DNA of 64,000 nucleotides from Candidatus Babeliales bacterium (GCA_050179755.1 JBFXEV010000001.1:41994-105993), one strand, 5' to 3'. Shown: positions 10,329 to 20,773, counted from the stretch's first letter. A program made the numbers and translations. Notes: a model not told the origin generated them from the letters alone.

Positions 10329-12332
10329 ATGAAAAGCCCCATTACTTTGAGTATAATGCTTTTAAGCATGTCGCTCGTGGCAACTCCACTTTTTGCAAAG
10401 TCTGATACAAACAAATTTACTTGCTGTCCAAAAATAAAACACGAACATAAATGTAAATCAGTTATTAACATTACAGCACACGATATTAATGAAGCTTCAA
10501 AGCATAGCGCTGAGGGTTTAGTTCTTCGCCATCCTGGTAACTATAAAGTTTGTGAGAATGTAAGATGGAAAACAAAAAGATCAGAAAGTTATGCAATAAC
10601 GATTAAGGCTGATAACGTATCGCTTGATCTAGATGGACATTTTATTAAACAACACGATACAACGCTTGCAAATAATTACGCAATACAAGTTACTGGTGAT
10701 ACACAATATACCCTTATCCACAATGGTACATTACAGCAAATTTCCGGTGGCGGTGTGATCGTGCAAGGGGGTGCGCGTGGCATAACTATTGATCAAATAG
10801 AGTGCAATAGATGCTGCTATGCGGGCCAACTTAATAATGACATATTCCCTATTCCATTCTTATCAGCAATAACTCTTTTTGGAACTTCAACTGCACCAAT
10901 TCAAAATGCTGTGATCACAAATTGTAATGTTACTGATAATGGAATCATTGGCATAGAACCAGTATGGTTCCAAGCAACAATAGCAGGCACTACTTTAACA
11001 CTGACTGAACCTCCGCTCTATCCACTTACTCCAGGTTTTGAGCTAAGACTTTCTGATGGCACAACTTCAGTTGGTATGGTTATCGCCAACATTGTTGAAC
11101 AACTCTCTCCAACTACATTTACCATTACGCCAACAGCACCCATTGGAGTTCCTACCACTATGACGGTAACGGATCCGAATGGCGCATTTGTTCCAGCATT
11201 ACCAATTGTTTCACCATTTGGACCTACATTCACTGGGTATACGTTTGCCATTAGTACACTCGGCACTTCAAATGTTTCGGTAGAACATAACATTGTAAAT
11301 AAGAGCTTTGGCTATACAGCATCATATGCACTGACATTCGTTGGTAGCCGTGGACTTGTTGTATCAAATAATCTTGTACACAATCTCACCACCTTTGGTT
11401 TAACAAAAGGTCTTTTCTTGGTATTTATGCAAGATTGTTTAGTAGAAGATTTGGCAGTAGATAATCTGGTTTGCAACGCCATACCACTTTTCTCAGACAC
11501 TTCAATTGGCCATGGAGCTGAAGGAACAAAAGTATCTGGAGTATCCAATACAATCTTGCGCAGAGTTACTTATGATGGAAGCACAGTGCAAACTGAAATA
11601 CCTACAACGCTCACTCACCCTACAGCATACTATGATTGTGTTGGATTAATCACTGATTTTATTGGATTATCTGATCTTTTAATTGAAGATTGTGTTGCTA
11701 AAAATATGATAAATGATGGTGGCCGAGTGGCAAGCAATCCATCATACACTGCAGGTTTTAACGCAGCAACATTCTTTGGCAATATTCAAAACTTGCACTA
11801 TTCACGTTGCACTGCCTTTAATATTACTGCCTCAGCAGGATATGCATGGGGCTTTGGTTGCAATCCAGGAGCACAGGCACTTGGCGATCCAAGCAATCTT
11901 ACATATTCAGATTGCGTGGTTCACAATGTAAGAACCATAAATGATGGTATCTACGCTGCAGGATTCTTAATTAATGGTACTGAAAACCAAGTGGTGCGAT
12001 GCTCTGCAAACCAAGTTGTAGGAAGCTCAGCTTATGGCATTCTTCTAGGTTCTACAAATTCTAGCCAAGGTACTCGTTGTATTATTGCCAATAACAGAGT
12101 AACTCATTGTGACACCTACGGGATCGTTGATGCTACAAATTGGAATGTTTCACATAACATTTTCAATAGCAACTATGCATACTTAAATGGCATTGCTGGC
12201 AACAATAATTACCAAATTAATTTTACAGTCAACCCAGTTCGTGCTTGGAGTACTACTGGTGCCCCAGACCCGGTAGATCAGTTTGGTATTCTTGATCCAG
12301 AACTTGATAACCTCGATATTCGTAGTTCCTAA
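10329..12332 (+). CDS. Secreted right-handed parallel beta-helix protein
   Basis: Signal peptide, AITIKADNVSLDLDGH cap and repeated I-x-NC/DC strands. Confidence 0.75.
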   Translation: MKSPITLSIMLLSMSLVATPLFAKSDTNKFTCCPKIKHEHKCKSVINITAHDINEASKHSAEGLVLRHPGNYKVCENVRWKTKRSESYAITIKADNVSLDLDGHFIKQHDTTLANNYAIQVTGDTQYTLIHNGTLQQISGGGVIVQGGARGITIDQIECNRCCYAGQLNNDIFPIPFLSAITLFGTSTAPIQNAVITNCNVTDNGIIGIEPVWFQATIAGTTLTLTEPPLYPLTPGFELRLSDGTTSVGMVIANIVEQLSPTTFTITPTAPIGVPTTMTVTDPNGAFVPALPIVSPFGPTFTGYTFAISTLGTSNVSVEHNIVNKSFGYTASYALTFVGSRGLVVSNNLVHNLTTFGLTKGLFLVFMQDCLVEDLAVDNLVCNAIPLFSDTSIGHGAEGTKVSGVSNTILRRVTYDGSTVQTEIPTTLTHPTAYYDCVGLITDFIGLSDLLIEDCVAKNMINDGGRVASNPSYTAGFNAATFFGNIQNLHYSRCTAFNITASAGYAWGFGCNPGAQALGDPSNLTYSDCVVHNVRTINDGIYAAGFLINGTENQVVRCSANQVVGSSAYGILLGSTNSSQGTRCIIANNRVTHCDTYGIVDATNWNVSHNIFNSNYAYLNGIAGNNNYQINFTVNPVRAWSTTGAPDPVDQFGILDPELDNLDIRSS

Positions 12333-12348
12333 AGACTATTTTTACAAG

Positions 12349-12374
12349 ATGGGCCACTCACACGAGTGGCCCAT
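12349..12374. terminator. Intergenic hairpin between beta-helix paralogues
   Basis: Perfect 11-bp stem ATGGGCCACTC/GAGTGGCCCAT with no U-tail on the + strand, so it may be a stabilising or processing hairpin. Confidence 0.45.
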
Positions 12375-12390
12375 ACACTAAAGGGAAACT

Positions 12391-14385
12391 ATGAAAAATT
12401 TGTTATATCTGGCCATGTTGTTTTTTAGCGCATCATTAATCAATGAACAAATATTTGCAGAAACTCTAAACAGAAACAACAATCGATTATGTTGTCCAAA
12501 TAAAAAACAATGTAAAACATTCATCAACATTACTGCGCACGATATTAACCAAGCATCACAAGACAGCGCACAAGGATTGGTACTTGATAAGCCAAATACT
12601 AATTATAAGCTGTGCGAAAATGTAAACTGGACAACTTCAAGACCTAATAGTTTTGCTATTACCATTGCTGCTGATAACGTAACTCTTGATCTTAACGGTC
12701 ATACTATAAAACAACAAGATATAACCCAAGCTGCCAGCTTTGCCATTAACGTATTAGGCACCACAAATTTTACGATTATACAAAATGGAACTTTACAACA
12801 AATTTCTGGTGGCGGGATTCTTGTGAATGCCGGAGCACATTGTCTTACTATTGACGCAATCACCTGTAATCAGTGTTGCTACAATGGTCAAACTGCGGTG
12901 GTTCCTCCGCTTCCTGGACTAGATAATGCTGCTTCGGCACTGTTATTTAATGGATCTCCAGATGCCCTGATAGAAGACGTTATTATTACTAATTGCAGAT
13001 TCTGTGATAATGGAATAATTGGTACGGCTCCCGTATGGTTCACAGGAACAGTTTCTAATAGCACTACGTTAACTTTAACAGAGCCTCCGTTATATCCTGT
13101 GACGCCCGGCTTTATTCTTTCAAGCGGTGGAACTATACTTGGCACAATTGTTTCACAAGAATCACCAACAACATTTACTATTTCTCCAACGTCAGATATC
13201 GGGCCAGTGGCCATGACCGTAACTGATCCAAATGGTGCCTTTATTCCGTTTGGCAATGTTTCATTTATGTATGTAGCTTTTGCATCAAATATTACCGTTG
13301 AAAACTGCATTGGCTCTGGTAACTTTGGTTATTTTTTCTCGTTTGCTTTATTCTTTGTAAAATCTGAATTTATCAACATCTCTAATGTAAAAATAAATAG
13401 CCCAACTACTTTTGTACTATGCAAGGGTATGGAATTCGCGGGTTGCAATAATGTCATTGCACAAGACATAGATATAACTAATCTAACTATGAATTTTACA
13501 CCTGACGCAGATAACTTTGCTATTGGCCATGGCGCAGAAGGTATCAAATGTGGATCGAGCTTTGATTGTATTTTCCGCCGCATCAACTTTAGCCGTAGTC
13601 GCGTACAAACACAGGTGCCAACTGCCTTGACAGCGCCGACTGCTTATGTAGATTGCTGCGGCATATTTTATGATGTGCTTTCCGGCCTTGGTCCTATTAG
13701 AAATATCGTTGTAGAAGATTGTACAGCAGTAGATATGCGCAGTGATGGTGGCAAAGTCGCAAGTAATGTCTCGTATACTGCCGGCTTTAATAATAGCTCA
13801 GCAATTCTCTTTGGAACTATCCAAGAAGAAATGAATAATTTACGTTATGAAGGTTGTTCAGCTTCAGGCATTTTTGCAGAAGTTGGTTGGGCTTATGGAT
13901 TTGGTTCTTCACCAGAACCAAACTTTATTGCAATTGAAAACGATATTTCGTATGTAAATTGCATGGCGGAGGATATTACTATTACAGGTTCAGGCATTTT
14001 CGCAGCAGGATATATTCTTACAGCTGAAAGAAATATTATACGCGATTGCTCAGCAAATCGTATTTTGGATGAACGACCAAATCCTGCAGCGTATGGTGTT
14101 TTACTCGATAATTTAGGTGATGGCAACCAAGCAAGAGCGTGTATCATTGCAGAAAATACTATCACTAATTGTTCGACAACTGGAATTTTGGACATTAGTA
14201 CCTTAAATAACAATATCGTAAACAGTAATTATGCAGCATTGAACGGATTTTTAGGAGCTGGACCAAACTATGTTGGCCTTGCGCCAAGCAGTGCAGCCTT
14301 AATTCAAGATTGGCCACTAAATGGCGTGCCTGCAGCTCCGCCGGTGGGTGGGCCCGTATTGGCAAACGTTTCTGTACATAACTAA
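12391..14385 (+). CDS. Secreted right-handed parallel beta-helix protein (paralogue of 10329..12332)
   Basis: Shares INITAHDIN, DNVxLDLxGH, LTEPPLYP, TDPNGAF, IGHGAEG and SYTAGFN blocks. Confidence 0.75.
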   Translation: MKNLLYLAMLFFSASLINEQIFAETLNRNNNRLCCPNKKQCKTFINITAHDINQASQDSAQGLVLDKPNTNYKLCENVNWTTSRPNSFAITIAADNVTLDLNGHTIKQQDITQAASFAINVLGTTNFTIIQNGTLQQISGGGILVNAGAHCLTIDAITCNQCCYNGQTAVVPPLPGLDNAASALLFNGSPDALIEDVIITNCRFCDNGIIGTAPVWFTGTVSNSTTLTLTEPPLYPVTPGFILSSGGTILGTIVSQESPTTFTISPTSDIGPVAMTVTDPNGAFIPFGNVSFMYVAFASNITVENCIGSGNFGYFFSFALFFVKSEFINISNVKINSPTTFVLCKGMEFAGCNNVIAQDIDITNLTMNFTPDADNFAIGHGAEGIKCGSSFDCIFRRINFSRSRVQTQVPTALTAPTAYVDCCGIFYDVLSGLGPIRNIVVEDCTAVDMRSDGGKVASNVSYTAGFNNSSAILFGTIQEEMNNLRYEGCSASGIFAEVGWAYGFGSSPEPNFIAIENDISYVNCMAEDITITGSGIFAAGYILTAERNIIRDCSANRILDERPNPAAYGVLLDNLGDGNQARACIIAENTITNCSTTGILDISTLNNNIVNSNYAALNGFLGAGPNYVGLAPSSAALIQDWPLNGVPAAPPVGGPVLANVSVHN

Positions 14386-14404
14386 TGTAATACAAAATCC
14401 TTAC

Positions 14405-14439
14405 AAAGAAAGGCCACATTGCTGTGGCCTTTCTTTTTT
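14405..14439 (+). terminator. Rho-independent terminator
   Basis: AAAGAAAGGCCACA/TGTGGCCTTTCTTT stem followed by a T-run after the CDS. Confidence 0.75.
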
Positions 14440-14535
14440 AACTGGCATCTTAATACTTTAAGTACTTGTAGTACACATAGAGTTACAGTATACTACGAGC
14501 ACCTAGATATTATTAATTAAGAGCTCGTAGATATT

Positions 14536-16086
14536 ATGAACATACACCTCAAAAAAAATATATTTTTCCCTTTTCTTCTTAGTTTTACTCTCGTATGCCT
14601 TGCCCACGTCTATACACAAAAAAATGAAGCATCCTCCAAAATTATATACATTACCGAAACTGAAATTAACGCAGCTTCATTACAGAACGCTCATGGCTAT
14701 GTTATTAACAAGCCTGGCATATATATTTTGGAGAATGTTAATTGGAATGTAGCAAAGCCTGACAATTTTGCTTTAACCATTGCAACAGACAATGTACAGC
14801 TCGATGGTACAAATACACGTATTAAACAAATGGATTCTTTAATTAAACACGCTATTGCTATTCAAATACAAGAAAATTGTAAGAATATACAAATTAGTAA
14901 CGTTGTTTTTGATTCTCTTTCCGGTGGCGGCATATGGTGCCGTGGCAACAACACAAATATTATCATTAAAAACTGCAAATTTACTAATTGCGGCTATTTT
15001 GGCAACACACAACTAGATTCAAAAAATTTACCTTTTAATGCACCACGAGCGTGCACGCAAGGCATATTATTTGATGGAGGCCATGGCAAGCCAATTGTTA
15101 ATGCACAGGTAGTTGATTGCCTTTTTGCAGAATCCGGCATTCTGCGTACAGGTCAACAAGTTTTTGAATCAGATTGTGGTGCAGTACTTGCTTACCATGT
15201 ACATGACCTAACGATTAAAGGTTGCACTATTGATGGCTGTGTAGGCAAAAACACAGCCTATGCTATAAGCCTCATTGATATATCAAACGCATTAGTTTCC
15301 GATATATTTATCACTGATATTTTTTCAAGTGGCCATGCAGAAGGAATTTTTGCCTATGATGTTGATGGGCAAGTTATTGATGCATCGCAAACTGCTATTT
15401 TGTCTGGTTTGCCAGCGCATAAATATAGTTACATGCTTGATACGCATGACAGTTATAAGGAATTTGTGCTTCCTGATCCAAATTACCAGATAGAAGCCAA
15501 TCATCTAAAAGGTATAATACCCAAACATACGCAAATGATTGAAACCTTATTCAATGAACATAAATGGCGTGAATTTAGAACGCTTGGCAGATTAGTATGC
15601 CATCATGCAGATAAACGATCTGAAACTACAAGAATTTATGGAAAATGGGTAGAGCTTTTATGTGAACGAGTTCTTAATGTAAAAGTAAAAGTAGTGGGAG
15701 CATTTGCTAATTTATATGAAAACGGCAACATCCCGTTACCAGCACATCGTGACCAATATAAAAAATGGATTATTGGTTTAAGTTTTGGAGGTCCGAGAAC
15801 ATTAGAATTTGTGCCTGATGATCCTAGAGCTCAAATTGCATCGTTTGTAATGGATTCAGGTGACGTATTTATTTTTTCACCTGATGTAAATAATCGTTAT
15901 CAACATAGAATGCAAGAAGAACCAAGCAGCACTAGCCGCCGCATTAATCTCACCTATTTTATAGATATTTTACCAGGTCAAAATGCAAACAACTTAGTAC
16001 ACGCACCAAATATCAACGCTTCAATTATTCCTACCTATGAAGAAGCAGAAACTCTTTACAATCTACAAAAAGGAGCTGTTATATAA
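14536..16086 (+). CDS. Beta-helix N-terminal domain fused to an AlkB-like 2OG-Fe(II) dioxygenase
   Basis: N-terminal half resembles the upstream paralogues. C-terminal half has NLYENG..PAHRD, LSFGGPR, GDVFIF, YQH and RRINLT. Confidence 0.75.
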   Translation: MNIHLKKNIFFPFLLSFTLVCLAHVYTQKNEASSKIIYITETEINAASLQNAHGYVINKPGIYILENVNWNVAKPDNFALTIATDNVQLDGTNTRIKQMDSLIKHAIAIQIQENCKNIQISNVVFDSLSGGGIWCRGNNTNIIIKNCKFTNCGYFGNTQLDSKNLPFNAPRACTQGILFDGGHGKPIVNAQVVDCLFAESGILRTGQQVFESDCGAVLAYHVHDLTIKGCTIDGCVGKNTAYAISLIDISNALVSDIFITDIFSSGHAEGIFAYDVDGQVIDASQTAILSGLPAHKYSYMLDTHDSYKEFVLPDPNYQIEANHLKGIIPKHTQMIETLFNEHKWREFRTLGRLVCHHADKRSETTRIYGKWVELLCERVLNVKVKVVGAFANLYENGNIPLPAHRDQYKKWIIGLSFGGPRTLEFVPDDPRAQIASFVMDSGDVFIFSPDVNNRYQHRMQEEPSSTSRRINLTYFIDILPGQNANNLVHAPNINASIIPTYEEAETLYNLQKGAVI

Positions 16087-16156
16087 AAATAATTGTAACT
16101 CTTGCATTTAAGTGCCTCTTCTTGGCATACTACAAACAACAAAGCAAGAGGCTCCA

Positions 16157-17590
16157 ATGCAGCATCACCTCACTCTCTGCATCTTCACCATCACCATGCC
16201 AATCTTTACGATGGAACCTTTTCTCTTAACAGATCAAGTACCTCAACTTCACGAACTGTGCATGCGCCATATTGTAAAAGCCATAAGCTCTCATAAACCA
16301 GAATTTTGCCGTGACCGCGAGTTCCACATAGGCAAACTGCAACAAGAAAATGCTACACTTCTTGAACAAGAAACCTGTGAAGATCTTAGAATAAAACTTA
16401 AAACACTTATACTTGAATGTTACCATGCATACCTTGAAGGTTGCCCCTGGCAAGAAGTAAAACCAACGCTAACCCCGACAGCTTCTCTTCTTAATGATCC
16501 AACGTTTTGCTATGATTATGCACCAGACCAAAAACTGCTTGCAGCTTTTATTAAAACACAAAAACAAAAATCTCTTCTACAGCTCTTTAGTCTTAAAAAG
16601 AAAGCTTTAATCTCGTTAGTAAGCATGGATCTAAGTACGTATAATAATGTACATAGTATTAAATTTAGCCCTCGTGGATCATATGTAGCAGTAGCTTATG
16701 GTGAACCTAACCATCGCCTTGAACATGTACTTATTCCCATTATACAATGCGCTCCAGGCTACATGCAAAAACGGCGTTTCCACATGCCTTCACTAAAAAA
16801 AGTACATGTCTATTCTGTGCATTTCAGCCCTGATGAGAGATATTTAATTACTCGTTCACTCCATAAAGTAACAATCAGCGATTTATTAAGTGACCAAATG
16901 AAACACTCTGAGATTGTGCCAATTACTGGCACCATCAAAAAAGATTATGCGTATGTGATGATAAGCCCTACCAGTTACCATCTTGCAGCACGTCAATATG
17001 GAGGCACTATTGATATTTATTCATATGCCAATGGCACACCTTATTTAATCTCCAGATTTGTATCTAATTTTCTTAATAATAGATTTCATTGGATGCCTTG
17101 TGGCACCAAATTGCTTATACAAGAAGCAAATACCAATCTTTATTGGAGCCCCTACACAGATACTATGCAAAATCTCACCACGCGCTTTCCACTTATTCAT
17201 GATCATGTGATGGCGCACAGCCCATGCCAAAAATATCTTGCATATAGTTCGCCAGTTGGAACAGTAATACTTGATAGCAAACTAAATAAATATTGGATTC
17301 TTAGTAAATTTCTTCCAAGCAGAATGACCTTTGATAAGCAGAGCAACCTGAGCATATTGCAATCAGATGGCACTACTACCACCCATGCACCATATGAATA
17401 TGGTGCAATGTCATTACCACAACTTCTATCAGTATGTTGGCTTGCAAAAAGTGTGCTTAATCCACATAAAAATACCAGTGCATTAGATAGCCACCATGCT
17501 GCCCATTGTATTACTGCCACAGAGGGGTTTCAATCTTTGCCAAGGCCAATACAGCTAGTGTTTATAAAGCGGATTAAAGGAAAACTATAA
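16157..17590 (+). CDS. WD40/beta-propeller-like secreted protein with BC-box-like motif
   Basis: IKFSPRG, VHFSPDE, ISPTS and HSPCQ blade motifs. ATG at 16157 follows GAGG. Confidence 0.6.
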   Translation: MQHHLTLCIFTITMPIFTMEPFLLTDQVPQLHELCMRHIVKAISSHKPEFCRDREFHIGKLQQENATLLEQETCEDLRIKLKTLILECYHAYLEGCPWQEVKPTLTPTASLLNDPTFCYDYAPDQKLLAAFIKTQKQKSLLQLFSLKKKALISLVSMDLSTYNNVHSIKFSPRGSYVAVAYGEPNHRLEHVLIPIIQCAPGYMQKRRFHMPSLKKVHVYSVHFSPDERYLITRSLHKVTISDLLSDQMKHSEIVPITGTIKKDYAYVMISPTSYHLAARQYGGTIDIYSYANGTPYLISRFVSNFLNNRFHWMPCGTKLLIQEANTNLYWSPYTDTMQNLTTRFPLIHDHVMAHSPCQKYLAYSSPVGTVILDSKLNKYWILSKFLPSRMTFDKQSNLSILQSDGTTTTHAPYEYGAMSLPQLLSVCWLAKSVLNPHKNTSALDSHHAAHCITATEGFQSLPRPIQLVFIKRIKGKL

Positions 17591-18124
17591 TATATATTTT
17601 TTTAATACGCGATGCTGCGCGCCTTCAGCAGTAAGTTTAGACTCTTTTAGCACAAAAGAATTTATCTTAAAAGTGCATGAAGGAATATCAATACGTTCAA
17701 GTCTTTCTAAAAACTTAATTTGATCTTTAATAAATTTCACACGCGCAATGGTAATATGACTTAAAAAAGCACGATCTTCCACCACAGCATATTCTTTTGC
17801 AATGGATTGAATGTGCGCCACAAGCTCAAGCAATTCCTGGCCAAGTAAATCAATATACACTATTCTTAAGTCTTTATTTTGTGGCAAAATGCCTAATTGC
17901 CCTAATCTGACAGTAAAAGGGCTAAACTTAATTGCATCTAATGCAAGTCGTAGCGCACTAACTTTATTCTCAGGAACTTCGCCAAAAAAGTGCAACGTAA
18001 GATGCAACTGATCCCGTAGCACCAAGCGCAAATCACCACAACCAAGGTCTAATATTTTTCTTTGAATAGCAACTAATATATCTTTAACTTGCTCAGGAAA
18101 TTCCAGTGCAACAAAGATGCGCAT
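17585..18124 (-). CDS. thpR: RNA 2',3'-cyclic phosphodiesterase (2H family)
   Basis: MRIFVA start, HLTLHF and HITIAR 2H motifs. Confidence 0.9.
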   Translation of the reverse strand: MRIFVALEFPEQVKDILVAIQRKILDLGCGDLRLVLRDQLHLTLHFFGEVPENKVSALRLALDAIKFSPFTVRLGQLGILPQNKDLRIVYIDLLGQELLELVAHIQSIAKEYAVVEDRAFLSHITIARVKFIKDQIKFLERLERIDIPSCTFKINSFVLKESKLTAEGAQHRVLKKYIL

Positions 18125-19582
18125 TTACCCACCTTTAATTACTGCTAAAGGTGTCAAGCGCACAACTTTGCGCGCAATTTTAGATTTTTGCACCACATCA
18201 ACCACATCTTCTACGTCTTTATAAGCAATAGGTGCCTCTTCAGAAAGGCCTGCATCTGAATCACAACGAATTAGAATGCCATGCGCTTCAAGGTCTTTAC
18301 GTAATTCTGTACCACGAATAGTTTTTTTAGCTTTTGCCCGCGAAAGCCTACGCCCTGCTCCATGGCATGATGATCCAAATGCAACTTGCATACCTTCTTC
18401 TGTACCCACAAGTACATATGAAGACGTGCCCATGGTTCCAGGAATAAGAACTGGATGGCCGTATGCACGGTATTGCTCCGGAACCTCAGGATGCCCTGCT
18501 GGGAATGCACGCGTTGCGCCCTTGCGATGCACTAATAATTTTGTTGGTTTATCATTCAGAATATGTGTTTCTAATTTGCCCATGTTATGTGAAAGATCAT
18601 ACACCATAGACACTTTAGCATCTTTGCCCACTGTAGCCTCAAATGCTTCGCGCACCCAATGGCCAATCAAGTGCCGATTTGCCCATGCAAAATTTGCAGC
18701 GCCTTTCATAGCACTAAAATACTCTTGCGCTTCACGCGTTTGAAAGGGCGCACATACAAGCTCTCGGTCAGGTAATTCAATACCCCATTCTTTTACTTTT
18801 GGCATCATCAAACGCACATAGTCAGTGCATACTTGATGACCAAGTCCACGGGAGCCACAATGAATCATCACAACGACTTGATTGAGCTTTAAGCCAAAGG
18901 CTTGTGCAATTTTTGCATCAAAAATTTCATCAACACGTTGTACTTCAAGAAAGTGATTACCTGAACCTAAAGTTCCAAGTTGATCAGACCCTCTTTTTTT
19001 TGCTTGCTCAGAAATAGAACGCGGATCAGCATCAGGCATGCACCCATTTTCTTCACAACGGTCAATATCACCGAGCTGGCCATACCCTTGCGTAAGCATA
19101 TATGGCGCACCACCTTTAATAACGTTATCAAGCTCACCAAGAGATAATTTAACTTTGCCTCCTTGCCCCACGCCAGAGGGCACGCGTGCAAAAAGTTCAT
19201 CAGCAAGTTTGGGCAAATACGGTTTGAGTTCATCAGCATTCATATTTACCGCAAGCAAGCGAACGCCACAATTAATATCATAGCCAATGCCACCAGGAGA
19301 AATAACACCACCTTGATCAACAATTGTTGCTGCTACGCCGCCAATTGGAAAACCATATCCTTGATGAATATCTGGCATGGCCAGTGCACGCTTTGCAATA
19401 CCAGGAAGCGTTGCTACATTTGCAAGCTGCCATAATGAACGATCTTCTAAAATATCATCTATTATTGCTTCACTTGCAAATAAACGCGCGGGAACTTGCA
19501 TATCTGCTCTGAATTCTCTTGGAATTTCATAAACAGTTTCATCAAGTTTTATTAAATCTTTTTTCTTTACTTCTTGTTCCAT
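18125..19582 (-). CDS. rtcB: RtcB 3'-phosphate RNA ligase (long, archaeal/eukaryote-like type)
   Basis: MPDIHQGYGFPIG, YDINCG, GSGNHF, HCGSRG, HRKGAT, CHGAGR and EEAPIAYK. Confidence 0.95.
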   Translation of the reverse strand: MEQEVKKKDLIKLDETVYEIPREFRADMQVPARLFASEAIIDDILEDRSLWQLANVATLPGIAKRALAMPDIHQGYGFPIGGVAATIVDQGGVISPGGIGYDINCGVRLLAVNMNADELKPYLPKLADELFARVPSGVGQGGKVKLSLGELDNVIKGGAPYMLTQGYGQLGDIDRCEENGCMPDADPRSISEQAKKRGSDQLGTLGSGNHFLEVQRVDEIFDAKIAQAFGLKLNQVVVMIHCGSRGLGHQVCTDYVRLMMPKVKEWGIELPDRELVCAPFQTREAQEYFSAMKGAANFAWANRHLIGHWVREAFEATVGKDAKVSMVYDLSHNMGKLETHILNDKPTKLLVHRKGATRAFPAGHPEVPEQYRAYGHPVLIPGTMGTSSYVLVGTEEGMQVAFGSSCHGAGRRLSRAKAKKTIRGTELRKDLEAHGILIRCDSDAGLSEEAPIAYKDVEDVVDVVQKSKIARKVVRLTPLAVIKGG

Positions 19583-19590
19583 TTTAAAAC

Positions 19591-20028
19591 CTATATATCA
19601 AACACAATATCTACTTGATACCCATCATTAGTTTTAAGTATTTTAAGATCGTGATAAGTAACCGCTTTAATTTCAATGCCAAACCGTTTAACTGGCACAC
19701 CCTTAATCGTTGCTTCTAATGCGCGTTCATTAAATATGTGTACATCAACCGCAAGATAAGCCTCATTATGCACATCACTTAAATATAACGCTTCAGATAA
19801 AAAATCAATAAGGAGCAAATCAACTTCAGATGAAGCTATTTTAATAGTGTGATGCGCAGGTAATAATTGGCAAACCACTCGCTCATCTATAATCTTACAT
19901 TGAGGAACAACGGGCTCAATAGATTGGAACATACCAATAAGAGCATTAGAAAATAATTCAGACAATGATGCCCCATAAACCCGAATTTTTAAATCGGCTG
20001 TATGGGGCAACGCTTCAAAATCTCTCAT
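19591..20028 (-). CDS. Archease (RtcB activator)
   Basis: HTAD N-terminal motif, EIKAVTYH and terminal VFDI. Confidence 0.92.
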   Translation of the reverse strand: MRDFEALPHTADLKIRVYGASLSELFSNALIGMFQSIEPVVPQCKIIDERVVCQLLPAHHTIKIASSEVDLLLIDFLSEALYLSDVHNEAYLAVDVHIFNERALEATIKGVPVKRFGIEIKAVTYHDLKILKTNDGYQVDIVFDI

Positions 20029-20039
20029 GAATATCTTAT

Positions 20040-20600
20040 CTAGTAATTACCACAACCACTTGACCAACACGATGCACCGCAAGCCTCAGCAACTACTCTT
20101 TTTGGAACTTTAACAAGAACTGTTTTCCAATAACCTGGAAATATAATTTCTTCTGTTCTTATCTCATATTCATCTTCTTGAGGTCGAGTTGAAGCTCCTT
20201 CTGCCGTTGGCTTTTCTGCTACCATTACTCTTGCAGCAGCATTTAATTGTTCTTGAGATGCTACTCGAGCCACGCCAATAGCCGCAACCCTTGCCACTAA
20301 TCCTGAGCTGCCCGCATCCATTCTTTCTTGAGGTGCAGTGGCGACATGGTCTGTAGCATCTGTCATCGCAACAGCTGACGGTGCTTGAGCATGCAGATTG
20401 GTAATATCTTTAAGCGGAACTTTATTACTATCGGAAGAAGAAGAAAGCTGCGTACGGCCTTGGTCTGGTAAATCTGCCAATTCTTGTCTTGATGGTATTC
20501 TAGTAACAGTACCAGGAATAGCTACGCTGGGCAGCATTCCTTGTGCCACATCAAAAAATCCGAAAAAAACCAACCCGAAAAAAAACGAACGTTTGAGCAT
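20040..20600 (-). CDS. Hypothetical secreted low-complexity protein
   Basis: Signal-peptide-like N-terminus, Ala/Ser-rich body, Cys-rich tail. Confidence 0.6.
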   Translation of the reverse strand: MLKRSFFFGLVFFGFFDVAQGMLPSVAIPGTVTRIPSRQELADLPDQGRTQLSSSSDSNKVPLKDITNLHAQAPSAVAMTDATDHVATAPQERMDAGSSGLVARVAAIGVARVASQEQLNAAARVMVAEKPTAEGASTRPQEDEYEIRTEEIIFPGYWKTVLVKVPKRVVAEACGASCWSSGCGNY

Positions 20601-20773
20601 AAAACATCCTTGTTTGAAAATAATATTAATTTTATTGCATATGCCGCATAAAACTCTTGATTAGTGTAGCAGATCTTATGTGCGTGTCGAACGATTTTTT
20701 TAAAAAAGACCATTTGTTAATTACCTAAATCTGGAGTACACCTAGTATAAGTTATTTTTAAAAAGGGATTTTT

